This document shows positions 34,685-41,326 of a stretch of 41,326 nucleotides of DNA, piece after piece. This DNA is from Halocafeteria seosinensis (Eukaryota), in the NCBI GenBank assembly GCA_001687465.1, contig LVLI01000379.1, positions 1 to 41,326 on the forward strand, read 5' to 3'. A program made the position numbers and the translations under genes. The first letter of the stretch is position 1, and each line of letters starts with the position of its first letter. The notes under the pieces are model-generated. The model was not told the origin of the DNA and did no database searches. It was given only the letters and a program-made list of their open reading frames with translations.

Positions 34685-37600
34685 ATGACACCACAGCCTG
34701 TCATTAAATTAGAGCTATTAGGCTCAGATGGTAAGCCTCATGAGCACCGTGTGCGCGCTCTTGTTTTCTTCATTCAATTCAATTTGTTCTTCGATGCGCA
34801 GCGATTCGCACTTCGATTATTTTTACTCATTTGATTCTCATCATTGGAGGCATTCTTACCGGCATTACTCAGCTGGGCTATGACCGTCATTCGGTGCCGT
34901 CTTTACCCTTTGAAGCATGTGCGGAGCACATCCCCATTACCGGAAAGAACGCCTGCTACGTTGAATGTCACCAAAACTTTACGTGGATGGGTCTTTCAGA
35001 CCACGTTTCTCCGAACGCGGGAGAATTCAAGCTGGGCATTGACATACCAGACATCAAGCAAACGTTTTCTTTCAAGTACAAGGCGAGTATCTATGGTGGT
35101 GACCAGAGCTCATTCGACTGGACGAATGCAGTGGATAAGGGATGCTCACCAATGGACAAGAAAATGCAGGGATGGGGAAAAGTGTTCTACCAAGAAAAGA
35201 AGCGACAGACGTGTTCCACAAACAAATGTGAGGATTTGCAAATAGTTGATACGTCATCGACAGTGTGGGGTCAACAGCGAGGAGGATATAGCCGGTATCT
35301 TATGGTGATCCAATTCTGGGACAAGATCGTTGACGATTTTGCAGGGTCTGAGTTTACCTTGAGCTATAGGATACCCCAGTTTCGAGAGTTTGTTGTCGGA
35401 CTGCGAACTACGTTTACGATCTTGTCCCTCATTTGTTTGCTATATTGGGTGTGCTCTGTCCGAGAGTTTCCTAAGCGGCTTGGCGGCAGTCGATTCAAGT
35501 TCTTCTGCTGCTGCTGCTGCGGTGGCGGCCCACCATTGCTCAGATTGGTGTTTTGGTTCTTATTGAGTGTAGCTCTCTGGCAGAATCCAATTTTTATGAT
35601 TGCACAACTAGGGGAATATCGAAGCATTGACTTGAATGTCGTCGCGGAAGCCTTCAATTCAGTGGCATGGTCGTTCTTGCTAGCAATATGGTCTCTGATG
35701 GCATACGAAGCCGGCAGTTTCGATGAGCAGAAATCCAGAGATAAAGATGCTTGGAAGGTTTATACGATCTCTTTTCTCTTCGGCATCTTACTATCGGTAA
35801 CATCCGTTTTGATGAATGTGGCCAGTAAACCCGAATTGTTCACTGGAAACGGCATTGAGATCTTTGGAATATCTGAGGTAAACCATGACCTCCGCGTTGC
35901 GGGGATTGCCTTGGGCGCGGTCTATCTCGTGCTACTAATCCTTTGGACCATTTGGTTTGGCTTTATGATTTTGATTTCTTGGGCCACACTTCGCGATACA
36001 GTATTCATGAGGACACGTGCACGGCAGCTGATTGTCCGTTATTTCATGTGGCAGACGATTACTGTTGTCCTATTTGTCGTCATCGTTGATATTATTCCGG
36101 TTGTTGGCTATTTCAAAAAAGCGTATGAGCACTTTGAGAACGGTAAAGCGATCAACACTGAGACCGCAAAACTAGTAGGGATTGTGCAGAAAATCTCGCA
36201 AGGTTACCAATCGGTCGGATCCTACTTCCTGGTTGCTGTACACGCACTCTTCCTTTTCTATGCGTTGCTTCCCCCTCGGGCTGTTGGATCAGTAGAAGGT
36301 TTTTGTTGGAAAATTTTGGGCATAATTACACTTTCCGGAAGCAATGAAAGAAAGCGTCCGTTCTCTGTTATGGAAGCAAGTTGGTTGTTTGACTTCATAT
36401 GTGCCGCCAACTATGATCCAGAAAATACCACCCGGATCAACGCAGATGACAGGACTGAATCAACCCCACAAGAAACGCGTGAAGCGACAAAACAGTCTAA
36501 GGGTCCTTTGGAAGTGGCGCCACATGGTTTCTCTATTGACGGGTTTATATACAGTAAAAAATCTGGAACCATCGTTATTGTGTTCCGGAAAGAGTTCAGA
36601 GTCGTCCTTGTTTTTCGCGCAGCTGCCCAAGATAGCGTGCGTCCTAGTTTGTTGCACGAAGAGGAGGTGAATATGCAGTCTCTCGCTTTCTCTAAAGAAG
36701 ATTCAGGCTTCTGTTCTTGTTGTCCGGGGTTGAGGGAAATATCTCCCCGCGTTCGGGAGGATATGTGGAAGCGATATGTGTCTGTTCGGGAGGCACTCCA
36801 TCGTTCTCTGGCAATGGTTTTATACCTCGCAGGAAAGGATTTGAAACTATACAGTACAGGGTTCGGTATCGGGGGAGGGGTTGCAGCTCTTGCAGCCTAC
36901 GACTGTAGGCACCTGGTTGAAAATTCGCGAAGAGACACTAAGCGAGGATTCTGTTCAATAGTATGTCATGGTGTGTATTCTGCCTTGACATGTGGGTGCT
37001 GTTTTAGAGGCGACGAGAGCGCCCCTCTGTTGGAAGGGGACGAGGAGAACCATCCTCGTGGACAGCCTATCAACGCCTCTTCTTCGAATTGCATATCTGC
37101 TCTTACAAGTCAAGACAGTGACAACCAGCTTAACACTATGTTCCGGAAGATGTGCGGCTCCGAACCTATCACGCGTCCGGATGTGTGTGTGGGCGAGGAC
37201 TCCGATGTTGATAACAGCTCAACCTCCGCAAATGAGAGAAACGATATAGTCCGAGTGTACACTTTTGGGACGGAACGAGTAGGCAACTTCAGATTCACTG
37301 CTAAGGTAAGTGAGTCTTCAAACTTCTCAACATTTCAGGTATTCGTAACCTCATTTCCGTCTGCTCGCAGTATAAGCACGCAATTCCTTGGACGTTTAAC
37401 GTTAGTACTGAAGGAGATTATTTCACGAGGCGACCGGAGGAACGTTTTCCTCTCAAGCAGCCCGGAAATTTTGTACTTATTGACAAGTGAGTCATATTTT
37501 CCTATAGCAGTAACCGAACCTGTGCTTACGTGTGACTCAATGATGTCCAGAAGGGGCAACGTTCTCCAGGATCCTTCGCTTCTAGAGCGTGCACTCGTCG

Positions 37601-37779
37601 TTAAAGGAGGTGGCGTACAAATGCATGATCCTGAAAGCTACAAGCTGTGCCTGTACGCGTCGAGATTCCGAAGTAGGCTGCACGTGAATGAAGAAGTCGC
37701 CAATATCCGAGAAGAGGAGCTTCCCACTCTGCGGGATGGTATCCATCCCACCCTGCGCGGACGCCCCTCAACCTCATAG
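34685..37779 (+). CDS. TMEM181/Wntless-like multi-pass membrane protein fused to a class-3 lipase domain lacking the nucleophile Ser
   Basis: The first exon from ATG 34685 splices into ORF 34831. TM region FVVGLRTTF...LWQNPIF...FLLAIWSLM resembles TMEM181. Lipase-3 blocks VVLVFR, STGFGIGGGVA, VYTFGTERVGN and, after two introns, YKHAIPWTFNVSTEGD...KQPGNFVLIDKRGNVLQDPSLLE. Confidence 0.8.
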
Positions 37780-38599
37780 GCTCTTAACTGAGTCAGACAG
37801 CACGTTAGCACCTACGCGCGCCCAGTAGTGTTGGACTAATAGCGACTTTATTGACTTCTGGGTCATGCGATTTGGGCCACAGCCTACTGGTTGTCACCAG
37901 CCAATCTTGGATTAAAATGTATCAAAGTTGTTTGGAAGCCTTCGCTGACTGGTATCATGAAGACATGCTTGCTCATGATACTCAGCTCTTGCACTGAGAA
38001 ACGGTGATTCCAACCAAGTTGCAGAGGAATCTTCCGTCGAAAAATCGTTGAACACGCTGCCGCTCCTGGAAGGGGAGGATGAAGAACTCCTCCATCAGAG
38101 GCCGGAGATATTGCTTATCGATGATTGAATGGAAGAATAATTTGCATGCTCCGAGGAGCTTATCCACATGTGTTATCCGCCCGTTAGAGCCGTGGATAGC
38201 GTGGCTTCGCCTCCGCACTCTACACGGACCGGTGCATTAGACCAAATAGATAGAGTATCGTGTCTTACCCGGGCACACACCATGTCCTCGAGGCACCATG
38301 CTTGACATCTCAAACCCGGATATGTGAGGAGTCGTCACTCACCGAAAACAAAGGAACCTAACTAACGATAATGACTACCGTGTTACCAAAACGGGAGCAT
38401 TTGCGTGGCTGGGTGTGGAGGTCATTGGGGCGTACTCGAATTCCTGCGATCGACATGGAAGAAACGGCACGGGTAGGTCAACTTCATTGTCGGTGCTCTC
38501 TGTCCCTATCGATAGTTTTCGCGAGATCCCGTGAAATGGGTACAGTAGTTAGTTTTGCACTAACATTGCCTCTGGCGCTTTTCAGTATTGTCCGACTTC

Positions 38600-38882
38600 T
38601 CACGGTCTCCGCGGTGATACGGAGATCATGTGTGTGCACGCTTTCTTGCTCCAGCTACCTAGTCCGTGGCTGTTCTTAAAACTCCAGTACCAGGGCGGTA
38701 GTCGGCACGGTCCTCTTGGAAGGAATGTTGCTATTGAAGTCTCCGCCGGACGGCGCGACACCTCATAAAGAAGAGAGAAGGAAACATATCTCAAGCTTTC
38801 AAGAGAGGCAGCGAAGCTCTTTATTCCATTCGTCTACCAAGCCTACGGAGGGACGGTCTCAACATTTGAAAGAGCTGTATGA
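38600..38882 (+). mobile_element. Possible decayed restriction-like-endonuclease end of a CRE-type non-LTR retrotransposon
   Basis: The frame at 38769-38882 reads RREKETYLKLSREAAKLFIPFVYQAYGG, resembling the RLE K..KY...F.PF...GG block. Upstream CVH/SSYL fragments lie in shifted frames. Stops and frameshifts are present and no RT domain is seen. Confidence 0.3.
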
Positions 38883-39066
38883 TAGTGTATAGGCCGTCTA
38901 ATCTCAACCAGTCCTTTTAGTCAGGAATCTTCGACTGCGCCTAAGCGCAGAGGAGCAATTGTAGGATGTTGCGCAAGTGGTTGCATTTAGTAGTGATGCC
39001 CAATACAGTGTATGAGGGGAGGCGTAAGTTACCGCCGCCTAGCGTATCGTAGGATACTACGATTCG

Positions 39067-39152
39067 ATAGTCTACCGGGTATGGGTCAAAGTTTCTCACC
39101 CGCTCAGCGGGTTGACTTCTTCAACTTTGGAAGGCACACTCAGGTAGTCTAT
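39067..39152 (+). other. Long imperfect stem-loop
   Basis: Nested pairings ATAG/CTAT, CTACC/GGTAG, GGGT/ACTC, CAAAGTT/AACTTTG and ACCCGC/GCGGGT. Confidence 0.5.
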
Positions 39153-39284
39153 GACATATGTACAAGAACAAGGGTTCATACAGTACCGGTGTGGTTCTAC
39201 TGTTTGCACAATACCTTTGCGCGTGTGCGTTGCATATCAAAACTGCTCGAGCCTCAACGCAACAAGCTTTAGTGAAACGAAACG

Positions 39285-39989
39285 ATGCCGCCTACCAAAC
39301 GAAGAACCAAAAAACTGAAAGCAGGCACCTGGAATTCCGCTAACTATCGAACCCGGCTCCCTAAGCGTTTGAGTGAAGAGTGTTTCTCTGAGGAAACGAC
39401 ACGCTGTGGTTCCAATGACTCTATGACTGTGTTTGGGCATCCCACCGCTGCAGGTCGGGATGAAATGAATGCACCGGCGTCTACAGTGACTTCTACGTCT
39501 AGTAGACACATGGACGACCACGACGTCATATTTGAAGGATCGCGGTATATTGATCATGAGGAGCTTGCTAAAAACATCAAGGAGATATACGCTGGCTCAG
39601 CATACTTAATTGGGGGTCATGATCTAAGTTTCCACGACGGTATGCTCCTTCATCAGCACGTGATCTTGCGTCATAATAAATTCATGGGCTTCGGTGACCA
39701 AATCCACGGATTTGTTGAAGAAATTGACGATGAGCACTTACGCGGATGGGTTGAAAAAAAATGGATTCTTCATAGAGCTAACCTGGCGACGATGCACGTA
39801 TATCCGGAGACACGTCTCCTCTCAACTCCGGTGCTCAACGGGAGCAAATTGTGGAATACTCCCAAAGAAGACACGCCGCTTCCTACCAAACCAAGTGAAT
39901 TCCTCTTCTCCCCTTTTGGTCACGGACTCTGGTCGACATACTGTGTTGGAAGTGTTGTACCTTTTCAATGCTGGTCGTTGCTTGGGTGA
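39285..39989 (+). CDS. Orphan repeat-borne protein, copy 1 (C-terminus differs from copy 2)
   Basis: 234-aa ORF with a basic NLS-like start (MPPTKRRTKKLK). The duplicated segment encodes the same protein as copy 2. No family recognised. Confidence 0.5.
   Translation: MPPTKRRTKKLKAGTWNSANYRTRLPKRLSEECFSEETTRCGSNDSMTVFGHPTAAGRDEMNAPASTVTSTSSRHMDDHDVIFEGSRYIDHEELAKNIKEIYAGSAYLIGGHDLSFHDGMLLHQHVILRHNKFMGFGDQIHGFVEEIDDEHLRGWVEKKWILHRANLATMHVYPETRLLSTPVLNGSKLWNTPKEDTPLPTKPSEFLFSPFGHGLWSTYCVGSVVPFQCWSLLG
39431..39896 (+). repeat. 466-bp inverted duplication, arm 1
   Basis: Reverse complement of 40861-41326 with 4 substitutions and no indels. Arm 2 runs off the window end. Confidence 0.96.
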
Positions 39990-40137
39990 TGACAACACAA
40001 AGGCGGCATTCATTGGGTCGTCTTCGCTTCTGACATGAAAGCAGCGCAAACAATCACGACGAATTGGCTTTTAAACAATCAAATACAGCAGCTTGAGAAC
40101 TAAACAGGATACTTTGCCACGAACCCCTTCTTCACAC

Positions 40138-40246
40138 GACGACGAAGATGTGACTGATGGCCCACCGGCAGTTGGATGTTAGCCGCTACACTTAGGTAGC
40201 AGCTGGCGCCCGTGTCTGGCAGCTACAGGCCCGCTGTTCCACTAGG
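40138..40246. repeat. 109-bp dispersed repeat, inverted relative to 812-920
   Basis: See 812-920. Confidence 0.93.
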
Positions 40247-40653
40247 GTTCCACTTCACAACAACAGCCGCTTCTGAAATTTTGGAATAGTTGATACAGAA
40301 CGATGCTAAGTTATTGTTCGGAATGGTCGAATTGGGTATTGTGGAACATCTGAGTATTGTATTACCGTACGAACCATGGACACAGTGCAGCGAACATACA
40401 AAACAGCACCGGCCACGCCTCTTGTCGTCTGCCGCCTGCAAGTGCCCGCGCTAACTAGAACACGGAATAACTTCGTATCCAGCGCTCACTACCACTACAC
40501 TTTGTGCAGTCTGTAAGTCACAAGTTCAGTTATCACCCAACTCTGCGAACTTGGTTCGTTTCAATGCATACATGTATCTGCGGCTAGCTGATAAGAAACA
40601 ATGTACTGTACGGTATTCCGCTGCACTACTGTATCACTGTGCTACAACCACCG

Positions 40654-41326
40654 TTATGAAGGCCTTCTTCTTATCTTCGGCACTTTGATACCTAAGTTCG
40701 ATAAAGATGTCAGTTTGCGGATAGCACCATGGAAACTCAACGTTTCAACATGACGCAGTTGCGAGCACCGTCTAGGCACCTTCGCTTTGGGAACTTGAGG
40801 AGCTGGTAACCGTTTCGCGATGCACAATGCTTCGTCCAAAAACAGTGGCCAGGGGACTTTACTTGGTTTGGTAGGAAGCGGCGTGTCTTCTTTGGGAGTA
40901 TTCCACAATTTGCTCCCGTTGAGCACCGGAGTTGAGAGGAGACGTGTCTCCGGATATACATGCATCGTCGCCAGGTTCGCTCTATGAAGAATCCATTTTT
41001 TTTCAACCCATCCGCGTAAGTGCTCATCGTCAATTTCTTCAACAAATCCGTGGATTTGGTCACCGAAGCCCATGAATTTATTATGACGCAAGATCACGTG
41101 TTGATGAAGGAGCATACCGTCGTGGAAACTTAGATCATGACCCCCAATTAAGTATGCTGAGCCAGCGTATATCTCCTTTATGTTTTTAGCAAGCTCCTCA
41201 TGATCAATATACCGCGATCCTTCAAATATGACGTCGTGGTCGTCCATGTGTCTACTAGACGTAGAAGTCACTGTAGACGCCGGTGCATTCATTTCATCCC
41301 GACCTGCAGCGGTGGGATGCCCAAAC
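40654..41326 (-). CDS. Orphan repeat-borne protein, copy 2 (5' end beyond window)
   Basis: The frame is open to the window edge. It is identical to copy 1 through ...PLPTKPS, then continues with a different 68-aa basic tail. Confidence 0.5.
   Translation of the reverse strand, partial: FGHPTAAGRDEMNAPASTVTSTSSRHMDDHDVIFEGSRYIDHEELAKNIKEIYAGSAYLIGGHDLSFHDGMLLHQHVILRHNKFMGFGDQIHGFVEEIDDEHLRGWVEKKWILHRANLATMHVYPETRLLSTPVLNGSKLWNTPKEDTPLPTKPSKVPWPLFLDEALCIAKRLPAPQVPKAKVPRRCSQLRHVETLSFHGAIRKLTSLSNLGIKVPKIRRRPS
40861..41326 (-). repeat. 466-bp inverted duplication, arm 2
   Basis: See 39431-39896. Confidence 0.96.

Noticed and set aside
1..41326. Prokaryotic operon, prophage, or tRNA/rRNA genes
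   Set aside because: Spliceosomal introns and eukaryote-specific genes occur throughout. No tRNA cloverleaf or rRNA signature was recognised by eye.

Overview
Gene-dense eukaryotic (protist) DNA with short GT-AG introns (mostly 60-100 nt; donors GTAAGT/GTACGT/GTATGT). A stramenopile origin is inferred from gene content, not proven. I hand-spliced 12 genes, in order: a large LRR + coiled-coil + Sfi1-repeat protein; a kelch-EGF membrane protein; an intronless 24-aa LRR protein; NPRL3; a FAM194/thioredoxin-like/receiver-like protein; SCOT (OXCT1); a Cdc15/SepA-type kinase; VAC14; a DHRS7-like SDR; a BAF-like protein; a VRK/CK1-type kinase; and a TMEM181-like/lipase-3 fusion whose nucleophile Ser is lost. 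The standout is a head-to-head pair at 30510-33382 in a gene-poor interval. It consists of a free barrier-to-autointegration factor (BAF)-like gene and a VRK-like kinase that, once spliced, carries its own C-terminal BAF-like domain. The two BAF domains share an identically placed phase-2 intron. VRK kinases are the known regulators of BAF, so this looks like a linked kinase-substrate or kinase-decoy module. Both window ends are repeat-rich: 85-bp direct repeats, a 109-bp inverted repeat with copies 39 kb apart, and a 466-bp inverted duplication of an orphan ORF whose 4 differences are all synonymous. All family calls are by eye from motifs; no database search was run.
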